The translations under genes were made by a program, and so were the position numbers. Of a stretch of 64,000 nt of DNA, positions 51,314 to 63,145 are shown one piece after another. This stretch comes from Entomortierella parvispora E1425 (Eukaryota; Fungi; Mortierellomycota): positions 930,001-994,000 of the forward strand of contig BQFW01000014.1 of assembly GCA_020891255.1 (NCBI GenBank), given 5' to 3'. The notes beneath the pieces were generated by a model. That model was not told the DNA's origin. It was given only the letters and a program-made list of their open reading frames with translations, and did no database searches. Every line of letters starts with the position of its first letter. Positions within the stretch are counted from its first letter, which is position 1.

Positions 51314-52573
51314 ATGATGACCGACGTTGCTCACGACAGTTACATTCCAAGGAATGCCATCGATCACATTAGCCCATTCTTCTCAAAGGGGCAGCACTCG
51401 CACTCGCACAACCATCACCACCACCACCAATACCAGACTCCTATCTCGACCCCTGTCCCAAGGAGACGGTCTGCGCAGATCGACCCCTCAACCCCTGCTT
51501 TCTCGGCGATCCCCACAACCGCTGCGAACCTTGCTTCCTCGGCTGTATCTTACAACACCCCACCTGCCACCCCGCCCCTGAATAAGCAATCCACAGTAGC
51601 AGAGCCACTTGCCTGGTGCACAGCTCGGGCCAGGATCCCAACGCCGGACGGATCCGAATACTTTTTGCATATTTACGAAAACACCCGGGACAAGAAGGAG
51701 CACTTGGCTTTTGTGTTTGGGGACGCCATCCGATCCAAAAGCTTGGACAAGGTCCAATGGAATGAGACAGAGATAGATCGGGTCAAGCGTGGAGCCTATC
51801 AGGGCCGCCTTCAACCCACAACCGAGGTTGCACAGCAGGATGCTAGCGAACTAGGATTGCTCACACCCGCCTCTGTCGCCATCACACAAGTGACCGAGTC
51901 TGACGTTTCAATGTCGCCCTCGAAGCCATTGGTCCGTATCCATTCGGAATGCTTTACAGGAGAGATTGGCCATTCGGCTCGGTGCGATTGTGGCGAGCAG
52001 TTGGATGAAGCGATCCGACTGATGAAGGCCGAGGGATCTGGCGTCGTGGTCTACCTTCGCCAGGAGGGCCGCGGCATCGGATTGGCAGAGAAACTCAAGT
52101 AAGCACCTTTGTGTTTGATCAATGTTTAGATGTGGATCGTTGTATGTTTTATCATCTTTATTCTAACGGTAGATTATCATTCTTCCTTTAGGGCATACAA
52201 CCTGCAGGATCTTGGATACGACACTGTGATGGCCAACTTGTTGTTGAACCATGGGGCGGACGAGCGTACATACGAAGTTGCTCAAGCCATATTGGAGGAT
52301 CTGGGACAGACGCACATCCGACTCTTGACCAACAACCCTGATAAGATTGAGCAGATCGAAAAGGAAAGTCAGATCAAGGTCGTTGAACGCGTGCCTATGA
52401 TGCCAAAGTCCTGGGAGGCGATTGAACAAGGGCTTGAGGCGGAATTTGAGGTGAAAGAAGGCGCCATCGAGAACAAAATAGTCAGAGGCAAAGAGCTAGA
52501 CCGGTACTTGAAGGTTAAGGTGGAGCGCATGAGGCATATGATTGCCATCCCCTCAACCATGGGCGTCCTATGA
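51314..52573 (+). CDS. RIB1: GTP cyclohydrolase II (riboflavin biosynthesis). Intron 52099-52191
   Basis: [25 protein letters not shown] (three zinc Cys), [38 protein letters not shown]. Confidence 0.95.
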
Positions 52574-55184
52574 ACGTGAAAATGAGCACTTGGCCATTTG
52601 TACTCGCTTTGTCAAGTGTTTTGCCCATTCTGTGCTCAATACGTGTATACCATATTTTGACCTCCTAGACCTTTTGTGACCTTCATCCTTGTAATTATAT
52701 CCGCATCCCCTCCTTCCGCTAATAAACTCAGGCGTCGTCAATGTCATCTTTGGTCTATTTGTCATGAGAATGCAAAGATTGGGGACGCCGCCAACAAACG
52801 AAAGCCTATGCCTCTCGTCCAAGACGAGGTACCCTTACTACAGTAAATATTATTAATTGATGAAAAAAAAAGGAAATCAGATCAATCTTATCTTGCGACT
52901 CCTCGCCTCTTGCAATTTTTGATCTCCGGCCGTGTTCCCATGAACGACGATACAAACATGGATAAAGTACACACATGGTTTCGTTTCCATTTCGCGTTCT
53001 TCCACAGGTCTCAGAGTGCTGATGTGGAATCAGCTTCTACAGGAGTTTCGCCTGCGTGTGAGAGCATATTGTGTCGCATGTATATACATATCTCAAAAGT
53101 TGAGTGAAGGTCATCGCCTTGTGTTTGAAATGTCAAAACTAACTTGGAAAGCTTCCACCCATGTCGTTTCTATCTCTGGGGATAAGGGATGTGTGGGCGA
53201 GAAGAGGGTGTGATTCAAAAGAAAAAAAAGCCGGCGCGCTCCAACGCCTCCACCGTCTCCTCGCTCCATGTTGCATCGTACCAAGGAATAGATATGACAC
53301 ATGTCACTGCAAAGGACCAGAAACTTCAGACTTTCTTTTTTGTGTTCTTGTTGCCATTTGAATGTTCCATGGTTGCACAGACTTTGAGAAAAGTGCCACC
53401 GGGATCTGGGCGGTACCACGTTTGTGATACACAACAGCATGGGCGTAACGTTCCTTTTTTCGCCCTGGATTTCATTGCGTCTTTTGACATTCTTTGGTTT
53501 TCCTTGGTTGCCAAGTCATCGTTGCATTGTTTTGATAAGAAAGACAGGCGATGTATGTGTGAAGAGTTGCTTTACGCACAACCGGCTCACCACTTTAGAA
53601 GGCAACAAACGAATTGAGCTGCAAAGGGGAAAAGGAAAAAGTCGAAACGGTCCAGACAACTGTGTGGTTAACGTTGCCACTTTGTGGAGTAAACATTTGT
53701 CACGACCAAGAAAAACGAGATGTTGGAGACCGCATTGAGCTCTGATTGAATTTACTTTTTTCTCCGTTTGTTTGTCAGTCATGACACCAACGTGGTTATT
53801 CGTGTCCCATGCGATGCGGAACCTACTGTCGACCCACTTTCGCCCACACAGCCGGGATTAGTCCAGTCAACTGGGATAAAATGAAAACGGCGGAGAGATG
53901 GAGGGAGAAAAGAGAGAGACAGTGAGCAGCGATAGAGATTTAGCGCTAGCCAATTCTGACATGCATGCGCCTGAGGTCGTGCTAAAGGCAATTAAGTCGG
54001 TTGGGCAGGCACGTACCATGTGCGAGCCAAAGACAGGAATGCAGGTCCACCGGCAAAGCGTGTCAACGGCTCTCGACTTGTGATGGTCTAGGTACAATTG
54101 GGGCAATAATGCAAAAGTCCATTTGGCCGACGATGACAACCGCGCTCTTTCTCTGGAGAGAGAAGGAGAAGAGGAAAAGTAGGTCTCATGAAAGTTGTTG
54201 AGTAGGTCGGTTGTTATTGAGCGTAAGGTTCAGGTTGAAGGAGAAAAGGTTACTGGTCGCAAGTCGGACCTGAATACATGAGGACCCCATCGATCCGACC
54301 AGACGGGAGAAAAGAGAAGAGGGTCGCCTCCCCTGTGCTGTACAGTACTGCTGTAGTCTACTCTCCTTCATTTCCCACCACCGGGTTCGGAGTGTGGAAG
54401 ATGGAAGGGCGACAGAGGGACAGAGGGCAGAATGAGCGAGAAGGATGGTGCACTCGCTCGCGCAATTACAGAAATTATCGTCTTCATTTTTATTTTTTCA
54501 ATGTCCCCCCTGTCTGTTCTCCTCCACGTCTCTTTCTCTCCGTTCCACACTCCTCCTTTCCCAACCGTCCGTCCGTCCTTTTCTCCGCTCCTTCCCTTTC
54601 TCTCTTTCAACGCTCTCTCCACTCCACGACCTCTCTCCTCTCCTTCTCTTCCTTCCCTCCTTCCACCCTCGCTGTCCTCCATCCCTCTTCATCCTCTGTT
54701 CACGCCGGCTTGCTTACTGTCAAGAGGGTACCGTGTCACTCTATCACTGTCTCGCGCTCGATCACGTACTCCGGCGTGCATCAGCTCTGATACCTTCGAT
54801 CTAATCGCCTTTATCTCTTTTCTTTGTCGACCATGTCCATCTTACCCGGCAACAGGTTATCATCGCGACAACACAGCAAATAAGAACAGCAACAGTAGCC
54901 ATCTTCAGGAGACGTTCCCGTCGAAAGTCATTCTTCCGCTCCACACAGAGCTGCCCAATTGTTCTCGTGTCTTTGTGCGTGCCTGTCTGTCTGGTCCCTG
55001 CCAGTGCTCTCTTTGCTCCACATCCCTCTCATCTCGTCTCTCCATTCCCCCCTTCCCTCGTCATCTTTAGCCGTCATCGACGAGTAACGATCCACAATCC
55101 ACCCACCTCTTCATCTGCATCATCAACCTCGACATCTCCTCCATCGATCCCACACAGTTCGCGACAGATTGAGCGACTTCTATT

Positions 55185-58100
55185 ATGACCTATAATATGA
55201 ACGCTTCCCCCAGGCCTGGAACGGGCTCCCCTCTTCATGACCCAAGGCACCAACTTTACAATAACAGCAATAACAACAGTAGCAGTAATTTCCATCAACA
55301 AGATCGACAGCAATACACGGGTCTCGGCCTGTCTGTGGACCCCCGGGCCACTAGTAAACCACAGTCCAACCCCCGTCCAAGTCAACAACCCTCCACAAAG
55401 GCTCTGGCGATCACTTCGCGTGCAACACGAGGCTCCCCTCCTCCGCCTCTGATGGGTTCCGCGATCGTGCTCGTGAACGATTCAGCGATGCACTGCTTTG
55501 GAGGTAGACTTGAGAACAGGGAACTGACCAGCGGGCATTACATTCTGGACGTTGACACCGGGTACTGGAGCGTTATTCAACCAGCGGTCAAGGAGTCAGC
55601 AGCAACTTCCTCCACCGGCAGTGGGGCGGTAGGGGCAGATGACCCTCAGTCAGCGCTCTTCTCGCTCTCACTGACAACAGACCCCGTCAACAGCAACTCC
55701 GTTTCCTTATCCGACGCGCTCTCGATCCCACCGTCCCCTCGTTACTTTCATACCCTGAACGCTTACGGTACCTCGTTGATCGTCTTTGGTGGCATGGGAA
55801 CCGCAGCAGCTGCGCCCGGGCACAACGAAGACGGCGACGTCGAAGGTGAAAACTCCAAGAGTCAATTGATGGCGCTGGATGACCTGTATGTGTACGATAT
55901 TTTGACAGGACGATGGCAACAAAAGTTCCCCCCAGTGAACGAGCACACGCCCAGGGCACGGTGGGCACACATGGCCACTATTTTGGACCATTACCTGGTT
56001 GTCATTGGAGGCACGGACACCAACAAGGCGTACGTGGAAGATGCCTGCATCCTGGACCTGCATTCGTGGGAATGGGTTGCTTCTGTTCAAAACATTGGAC
56101 AGTGCGGATCGTACAGGACTATTGCTGCAACCGGCCCAAGTACCCAATCCTCTGGCACAGCAACACCCTCTCTACCCTCATTTCCATCTGCAGACGCATT
56201 CGCTCCCCAAATCTCATCCAACCTTTCCTGGCCGGCGACAGACTCGGGTCCAATTGATGCCATGGCTAGCATCTCCATGATCCTCAGTGGTCGCATCTCT
56301 GCACCTAGCTCCACCTCTTCCTCTCAATCAACAAAGCAACTGGTCACTGACGCGGATGGTGAGGGCAAGGACGAAAAGGCCAGTAGCAGCAAGAAGAACT
56401 CTGAGCGTCTCACGAGCGGTGAGCTCACTCCAGCTTTCAAAGCAGGCAAGGACATGCCTTCGATCTATCTTTACTCCAACTACAACTTTCAGAACCTGCA
56501 GAGGGAGCTCAAGGTCATCTCTCCTTACTATACCCACCGTGCTTCTACCTCAGCACCGATGTTTGACCTGGTTGAAAGGTCGCAGGCTCTTGACAAAATG
56601 GGTCATGAACTGCCTCCAGGTCTTCGTTTCCCCCAGGGCCACGTGTACCAAGATCAGTTGATCCTCACAGGCACCCTGATCTTCCCTGGAAAGGCACCGA
56701 CGCTGGCGATCTATGCCTTGAACCTCACTCTAATGAAATGGGAACGTCTGGATACGGACACGACTTTGGAGAATGGATCATGGAACAGGACCCTCTTGCA
56801 TCCTGCCTCGGGTACTCTTCTCATCTTTGGAGACCGTGACTCGAACGCGGATGCGGACTACTCAAATCGTCTCCAGCACCACAACCATCTCATGATTGTC
56901 AACTTGCAAGCGTATGGACTCTATGAAAAACCTTGTTCTTCCTTCCTGTCAACAGCCCAGGATCTTGGCCAGGATCTGCTGTTAGAACCTGGAATGAACG
57001 ATATGGACATTGCTTCCAATACCGGGAAGCTTTTTGGAGCCAACTCCACGATCCTGGCTGCTCGCTGGCCCGAGTTTGCCACGATGTTGCTTTCACCGCC
57101 TTATGTGACGCCGTTGATCCTGGTCTTGCCCGTGCCGGATGGGGTCGTGCCCCTGTTCCTGCACTACCTGTATACAGGCGCTTTACCCCAGAACCAAGTT
57201 GTCAGCCCTGGTGTTGCTGATTACCTGCTTATTCTGGCTCGGAGGTACCAACTGAATGGGCTTCACGCCTTGACCCTGGATATCTTGCACCAGTATGTGA
57301 CAGTCAGCCCCATTCGGATCTACAGCTCGGCACTTATGGCCGGCGAATTGGGTCTGCAAGCCAGAGCAGTTGGACTGGCTATGAACGCACAAACATCCAA
57401 AACCGCACCTGCTGCTGCCGCCCCTTCTCCTGCGAGTGTAAGGGGGCCCCAGGGAATGGACCAAGGCATGCCTGTACCCCCACCTGTAGTGGTACCAGCT
57501 CGTCGCCGTATCTCCATTCAACCTGACCCCAATATCACCAGCTTGAGTCGACACTACAGTAACAGAGTTCAGCCTCCTGTGAACAGATCTCCGTTCCCTC
57601 CTGAGCGTCGTCGTGCACCCTCGAACCACTCCAGAGACAGCGTGAGCACTGATGGTGCAGGCGAGGGTCTCTTGCAGAACTACAACATCAGTCAAAGTCC
57701 AGTACCAGGATCCTCGCCTTCCATGCATCAATCAGTTGCATCACAGCAACAGTCTCAACAACAGCCCTTGTACCTGTCTTCTCCTGACCCTGGCCCAGCA
57801 GCGTCCCCAACGTCAAGGCAACGCAAGATGAGGTCGCCACCTATGCCGCCAGGCACGCAACAACACCCGCTGTCGTTCATGAGTACAAGCTCTGGAGGGT
57901 CCAATTCCAACTATCCCAGCCCGCTGGCATCTCCTGGTTTGCCCCCTCCATCACAGTACTCTCAACATTACAGTGGTCACGGCGCCAGTGCCTATCCTTC
58001 ACCACTCTCGCCCAATTTCCAACAACATCAATCGTCCCCTTCTTTCTCTTCAGCCCATGGAAGTGGTGCAGGTGTTGGATTGCCTTCCGGCTACATGTCG

Positions 58101-58715
58101 CCTAGAAGTGGTGCAGGAAGTGAGGGCACATCAAGCATCTATAGCCATGACGAGCAGGACGAAATCTCGTCCGTCCATTCCGGTGGCCGTGACCCCATAC
58201 GGTCCACGTTTCAACAGCAACAGCAACAACATGCTGCGGCGGCTGCGAAACGTCGTCTCCAGATGCAGTATGACCTGGATCAACAGCAATTGCTCCAACG
58301 TCAGCAGCAGCTTATGGAGCAGCAGCAACAGCTTCGGGATGAGGAAATTATGATGCAGCAGCGGTATGCCCAAAGGCAGCAACAGCAGCAACAGCAGCAA
58401 CAAATGGCCCCTCAGCAATATCTGTCAGAACCGGCTGTTTTCCGACCTGCGTATAATGATTACGCGGCCAGTCAGATGTCCGGGGACTCTTCTTCACAAC
58501 GGACAGGTGGTGGTAGTGGAGGAGGACCAGCTCCCTCGGTGGCCGAGACGATTACGTCCCAAAAGTCAAGTGGCAGCAGTAAGGCCACAAGTATCAAGAG
58601 TTCCAAGAGCGACAAAGACAGCAAAGACGGTGGCAAAAAGAGCATCTTGGGCAAGATGAAGCCACCCAAGCCTAAGGCCAGTGCTGCAGATTTGATGAAG
58701 AGTGCCGGCTTCTAA
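55185..58715 (+). CDS. Kelch-repeat plus BTB-like protein (Ral2/Mds3/Pmd1 family), intronless
   Basis: Kelch repeats (PSPRYFHT, LIVFGG, PRARWAH, LVVIGG), GLRFP motif, BTB-like ILAARWPEF...FLHYLYTG, and a low-complexity C-terminus. Confidence 0.85.
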   Translation: MTYNMNASPRPGTGSPLHDPRHQLYNNSNNNSSSNFHQQDRQQYTGLGLSVDPRATSKPQSNPRPSQQPSTKALAITSRATRGSPPPPLMGSAIVLVNDSAMHCFGGRLENRELTSGHYILDVDTGYWSVIQPAVKESAATSSTGSGAVGADDPQSALFSLSLTTDPVNSNSVSLSDALSIPPSPRYFHTLNAYGTSLIVFGGMGTAAAAPGHNEDGDVEGENSKSQLMALDDLYVYDILTGRWQQKFPPVNEHTPRARWAHMATILDHYLVVIGGTDTNKAYVEDACILDLHSWEWVASVQNIGQCGSYRTIAATGPSTQSSGTATPSLPSFPSADAFAPQISSNLSWPATDSGPIDAMASISMILSGRISAPSSTSSSQSTKQLVTDADGEGKDEKASSSKKNSERLTSGELTPAFKAGKDMPSIYLYSNYNFQNLQRELKVISPYYTHRASTSAPMFDLVERSQALDKMGHELPPGLRFPQGHVYQDQLILTGTLIFPGKAPTLAIYALNLTLMKWERLDTDTTLENGSWNRTLLHPASGTLLIFGDRDSNADADYSNRLQHHNHLMIVNLQAYGLYEKPCSSFLSTAQDLGQDLLLEPGMNDMDIASNTGKLFGANSTILAARWPEFATMLLSPPYVTPLILVLPVPDGVVPLFLHYLYTGALPQNQVVSPGVADYLLILARRYQLNGLHALTLDILHQYVTVSPIRIYSSALMAGELGLQARAVGLAMNAQTSKTAPAAAAPSPASVRGPQGMDQGMPVPPPVVVPARRRISIQPDPNITSLSRHYSNRVQPPVNRSPFPPERRRAPSNHSRDSVSTDGAGEGLLQNYNISQSPVPGSSPSMHQSVASQQQSQQQPLYLSSPDPGPAASPTSRQRKMRSPPMPPGTQQHPLSFMSTSSGGSNSNYPSPLASPGLPPPSQYSQHYSGHGASAYPSPLSPNFQQHQSSPSFSSAHGSGAGVGLPSGYMSPRSGAGSEGTSSIYSHDEQDEISSVHSGGRDPIRSTFQQQQQQHAAAAAKRRLQMQYDLDQQQLLQRQQQLMEQQQQLRDEEIMMQQRYAQRQQQQQQQQQMAPQQYLSEPAVFRPAYNDYAASQMSGDSSSQRTGGGSGGGPAPSVAETITSQKSSGSSKATSIKSSKSDKDSKDGGKKSILGKMKPPKPKASAADLMKSAGF

Positions 58716-60858
58716 GTAGCAAGAAAAGAAGAGAGAATAGACACGTTACAATGCAGAGCGACGAAACCCCAATGAAAACAAACCCCCAAACCAGAAATAT
58801 GAAAATATGAATGAAGTGTGCGATGGCAGGGGAAAAAAAATTAGTGGCGCTACCAGCTCTGAATGAATTTTAGTGGCAACGACTTTTTCTTTTGGCACCT
58901 GGAAACTCACCACCCTGAAGTCTTCCGCCCGCCCTCCGGTTTTTTTCTTTTCTTTTTTGATCTTGAGGCAGAGGGCTGACAATAATCTTTACGGATTCTC
59001 AGAGAGAGGCCTTTCTTTGCAAAACACAGACAGATTCTGGACACAGCCAAAATGAAATCAAACCGTGCTATTCAGTCACACAACATAGACCTCCGACCCA
59101 ATCGAGACACCAGGACCAGGCTCTCATTGGGAAGATGAAGGTTCCAAGTGACAGAATTGTCATCCGAAAAGCAAGTCCTGGGACTATAAATAAAGCAAGT
59201 CAACAGCAGCCACTGCTTTTTCCCTTAATCAAGAAAGCCCGAGTAATAAATGTCTGGGGTCCTACTCGTGCACCCAAAAGGTGTTTTCTCTGTGAGAGCG
59301 ACCGTCCTACTTCCACTCGGAAGATGAATGACAGAATCCTTCTTCCACACCAAGTCTGCAATGTGTTATGCGGATGAGGTACTAATAGGAGGCGACATAC
59401 CATCTTTATTTTTTCCACAACAAAAAAAAACTTTTTTCCTCCTCTCTGGTACTCGACTCTACATTGATTGAAACGTTTTAACGATACAACCCCCCTTGCT
59501 TCGGATCTACAACTGATGAGAGATCTATGTCGCAGCCCTTGGTCAAGCGAATAGATTGACAGTTGGTCGTCGTACCATCTGTTCTTAGCAGGTGTTTGGC
59601 CAACAAACTGCTCGAGCAATTGGCCAAGTGCTTGACGACGTATGTATCTGGGCAATCGATCAAGTTCCTACGCTGGTGTATGAGTGTCTGGGCAATTGGA
59701 TCAAACGAACAACATCATCCACCACAGAGCGTTGTCTTTTTTCTTCGTGGACCTCCAAAAATGCGAACGATCTGTGCACCTGACAAACTCGCTCGTACCC
59801 TCAACTCTGTACTCTTCACACCGTGCAAACTTTTCAACCTCTGCTCTCGACCTCTTACAAACGGGGCTCAGAGAAATAAACGCCGTCTTTTTGTCCTCTT
59901 TTGATCCTGCTGGACAATGCTCCAGACTCGTCATTACAGGCCCAAAGAGGAAACAGGTATCTTTTTTGAATGATAGACGGATGGATCGGTTCAAAAAAGA
60001 AAGAGGGAGAGATCGCGAGCACTAGATGCCTAGCAACTTCAACGGATATTCCAAAGGCAACGCTAGTCCACCGTTCGTCGAGTTTACCCAGGCTTCAACA
60101 TTTTTTTTATGTTTTCAAATCGGACTAGTGTGAGGCTGGGCACTGCCGACGCACCAGATGTCGAGAGCAATTGAAAGACAGAGAGAGGAAGGAGAGAGAT
60201 GGGTTCACCTCTGAGTAAGTCTTATGTTGCTGCGGGCGTGCGTGTTTAAGAGAAAGTTAGCGTATGTGCAACAGAAGAATCCAAAGGAAGTGAAAGAAAA
60301 CAGCCAACGTGGACAATGATGTTTGATCGCTTTGATGTAGACAACGTGGCCCTTGCTTGCACAGAGGACATGACCATCCAGTTTCCAAATGAGTTTGGGA
60401 ATCCGATCATCAGTTGTGTGACAGAGCATCGATTTAAGCGTGTTGTGAAGAAGGCGAAGGTCGGCCGAGTGCTGGAGAAGTGCATGGACGGAGCGGAGAA
60501 ATGAGGACAGGCAAAGAGAGACCTGGGCACTCTCACACAGACACCGAGGACGAGCGGCGGCGGCCTCTTTGGACGATTGGGCGCCACGCGGGAGCAGGTG
60601 CCTAAAATACTGCTGTTGTTGTGCCTGAACTGGTCTTACAGAGTATATCATGAAGACAACCCTTTCGCCCTTGCATCTCTCTTTTTCATCTTCACTCTGT
60701 TCCTCTCATTGTCCCCCTCCGGTCCCTTCACCGATCCCTGCCATTCGCTTCATGCCATTTCCCTGATCCACTCCTCTCCACTCTTCTGAATCTCCTCTCA
60801 AACTCTTTTTTTCCGCCTACATTGTCCCTACATTCTCCTTTTCCGTTTCCTTCACCTC

Positions 60859-62865
60859 ATGAAACTCTTGCTGTTGACCCTCAGTATGGCTACGGCCTTG
60901 ACACTCTTTTCAGAGACCACAGCCGTCGCCACCGACCACCGTCACCACCCCACTCTTGCTGTTGCCACCAAGTCTTCAAGGAAACTTACCTCTACCAGAG
61001 CCCCGAGTCCCCGTCGTCGACGTTCTTCCACCTCGAGAGCTGGCTCACACGCAGATGCATCGACCCGCTCCCGAGCGTCGACAGAGAGCAAATATTACCG
61101 CGAGGGCAAAGAACTTGCAGCGACCTCTTCAATCCCCTCGTCAGCTCACCTGCGCGAAAGGTTACGCCGCCAACGTCGTCGAGGGCTCTCATCCCCCTTG
61201 GTACCGTCGGTTGTATTTCTGGCAGACACAAAGACACAAACACAAAAACAAGCAGACGCAGGCACAACTCAATCAAAAATAGAATCCAACGACCGTCGCA
61301 GGCCCTCAGACACCTCCAGTCTACCCCAGGACTCGCCTTCCACTAGCAACAACAAGCCCGATGAACCCCATGCCTTCCTCAACGCCCATGCTAAAAACAA
61401 AGTGGAACAACAAGGACAGCAGCTGCAACAACACACGAAAAGGCGGCTGTTCAAGAGAGCAGTAGTGGATTCCTCTGCAAGATTTACTGGGAAACAACCA
61501 GCAGATCTCGCTTCAACGCCTCTGCTTCTCCTCCCCGACTCCCACTCCACTTGGCAGGCAGGCACCTTCCAGACTGTCCAATGGTCCAAACAATACGCAA
61601 AGAGCTTGCCCAAGGACACGACCGTGGACATTGTATTGGTGGAGGCCGAGACGAACAAAAAGATGTTTTCACTCAAGCGATTTATTCCTGTTTTGAGAGG
61701 GAGTGCCCAGGTTTGGGTTCCAGTCGAGGTCCCTGAAGACGTCTCGGTTGTCCTGGTCTTGGAGCTTTATCATGGTCGGAGTCAAGAACAGGTCTCGACT
61801 GCACTCTCCTCATCCGCATCCGCGCTATCGTCGTCATCGTCATCGTCATCGTCATCATTCCCCTCCGAAAATTCCGATGGATCGGGGCCGGAGGCGGGAC
61901 CATTGCGCCCATCCTCTTCGACTCCAACTATTGTCCGAAAGTCCGATATCAACATCTCACCGCGTCGCCGTCGAGCCATCTCTGCCGAAACTCGTTTGCG
62001 AGCGTCAACAGACCCAAGTACCCAGAACAGAGACCTCAATAGCCGACAGCCCCCACCATTGAACAACAAGAACACTAATGTTGAATTGGAGGCCGGCGGG
62101 GCAGCAGATGAATCTTCCCTTCGAAAACTGACTCCGTCAGGATCCCATCATGATATGAACGATAACGACTATTACCTTGGTTCTGCCGAGGAACGCCAAT
62201 TCGAGTTCCTTCCGGACGAACTACGTCAAGAATACCCCTCCACAGTCAAGCCCTTGGAACTGGATCACTCGTTTGGATTGCGTCAACGGGTCTACACCAT
62301 GACTCCGTACACGCTCGAGTGGCGTACTCCAGAACGTGTGCAGGAATTACTCGATTACAGTGCACGAATTCAAAAGGCCCTCGGACGGTATATCCAAAGA
62401 CGTCCTCTGAACCCTGTTCCCCCTCCTTCGCTCCTTCCCAAGGCCCTGTTCCTCTCCAAGGTGATGGTTGAGCTTGTTAAAGATCAGACCATGGAAGTGG
62501 TGGCGGTTTTGGCCAAGGATGTCCCTGCAGAGACCATGTTTCAATATCTGAGCGTGCAAGACCGAGTCCCCTCGGCATTCTATCGACTACGTGTTCAGAT
62601 GGTGGTGGTTCAAGTTCATCTGGACCCAGAGACGATCAAGAGTGCGATTCTGCAACAGCAGCGACCTCCTCCATTGCAGCTGGGCAGTGGCCGTCCATTA
62701 AACACCAATGCAAAGGATTCTGAATCTGGCGCTTGGCTGTCTAGCCTTTTGGATGTGGGCAAGGTCAAACCTATGGAAGGCTGGGAGTTCCCAGAAGGAG
62801 GCGAGGTCATTGATCGATACGAGGCCGTCACTCGCAAGTTCTATGTTGCTCCTGGTGCCCTTTGA
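60859..62865 (+). CDS. Secreted protein with S/R-rich N-region and two beta-sandwich-like segments (Kre9/Ser-Thr-rich GPI-family-like)
   Basis: Signal peptide MKLLLLTLSMATALTLFSETTAVA. Segment PDSHSTWQAGTFQTVQWS..VDIVLV resembles the PF10342-like fold start. A second beta-rich segment starts YTLEWRTP. Confidence 0.7.
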   Translation: MKLLLLTLSMATALTLFSETTAVATDHRHHPTLAVATKSSRKLTSTRAPSPRRRRSSTSRAGSHADASTRSRASTESKYYREGKELAATSSIPSSAHLRERLRRQRRRGLSSPLVPSVVFLADTKTQTQKQADAGTTQSKIESNDRRRPSDTSSLPQDSPSTSNNKPDEPHAFLNAHAKNKVEQQGQQLQQHTKRRLFKRAVVDSSARFTGKQPADLASTPLLLLPDSHSTWQAGTFQTVQWSKQYAKSLPKDTTVDIVLVEAETNKKMFSLKRFIPVLRGSAQVWVPVEVPEDVSVVLVLELYHGRSQEQVSTALSSSASALSSSSSSSSSSFPSENSDGSGPEAGPLRPSSSTPTIVRKSDINISPRRRRAISAETRLRASTDPSTQNRDLNSRQPPPLNNKNTNVELEAGGAADESSLRKLTPSGSHHDMNDNDYYLGSAEERQFEFLPDELRQEYPSTVKPLELDHSFGLRQRVYTMTPYTLEWRTPERVQELLDYSARIQKALGRYIQRRPLNPVPPPSLLPKALFLSKVMVELVKDQTMEVVAVLAKDVPAETMFQYLSVQDRVPSAFYRLRVQMVVVQVHLDPETIKSAILQQQRPPPLQLGSGRPLNTNAKDSESGAWLSSLLDVGKVKPMEGWEFPEGGEVIDRYEAVTRKFYVAPGAL

Positions 62866-63145
62866 AAAAGGGATACATGACAACCACTCCTTTACCTAAT
62901 GTTACCCATCTAGAAACCTCACTTATAATGACCATGAATTCATATTATAACCCATTGTATAGTACAAATATATATATATATATATATATCACGTCTGCAT
63001 CTTTCACGATCGACCCGTCAGAATGCTTGGTTTCTTTCATTAATTAATGCAAATGAGGGAGGGGGGGGGGGGTAGGCATACGAGAGGGGTATAGGTTTTG
63101 TAATCGGAGAGGAATGAAGCGGGAGCGGTATATATGATTGAGAAC

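Noticed and set aside
3094-58715. Apparent signalling/morphogenesis cluster (PKA, homeobox, TUP1, BUD6, Ral2)
   Set aside because: The genes are interspersed with unrelated housekeeping genes, and I saw no shared elements. Co-location is probably incidental.
59641-59704. Imperfect direct repeat (TCTGGGCAAT-x-GATCAA) and short ORFs at 59135-59994
   Set aside because: Only two short copies, and no recognisable protein or element boundaries.
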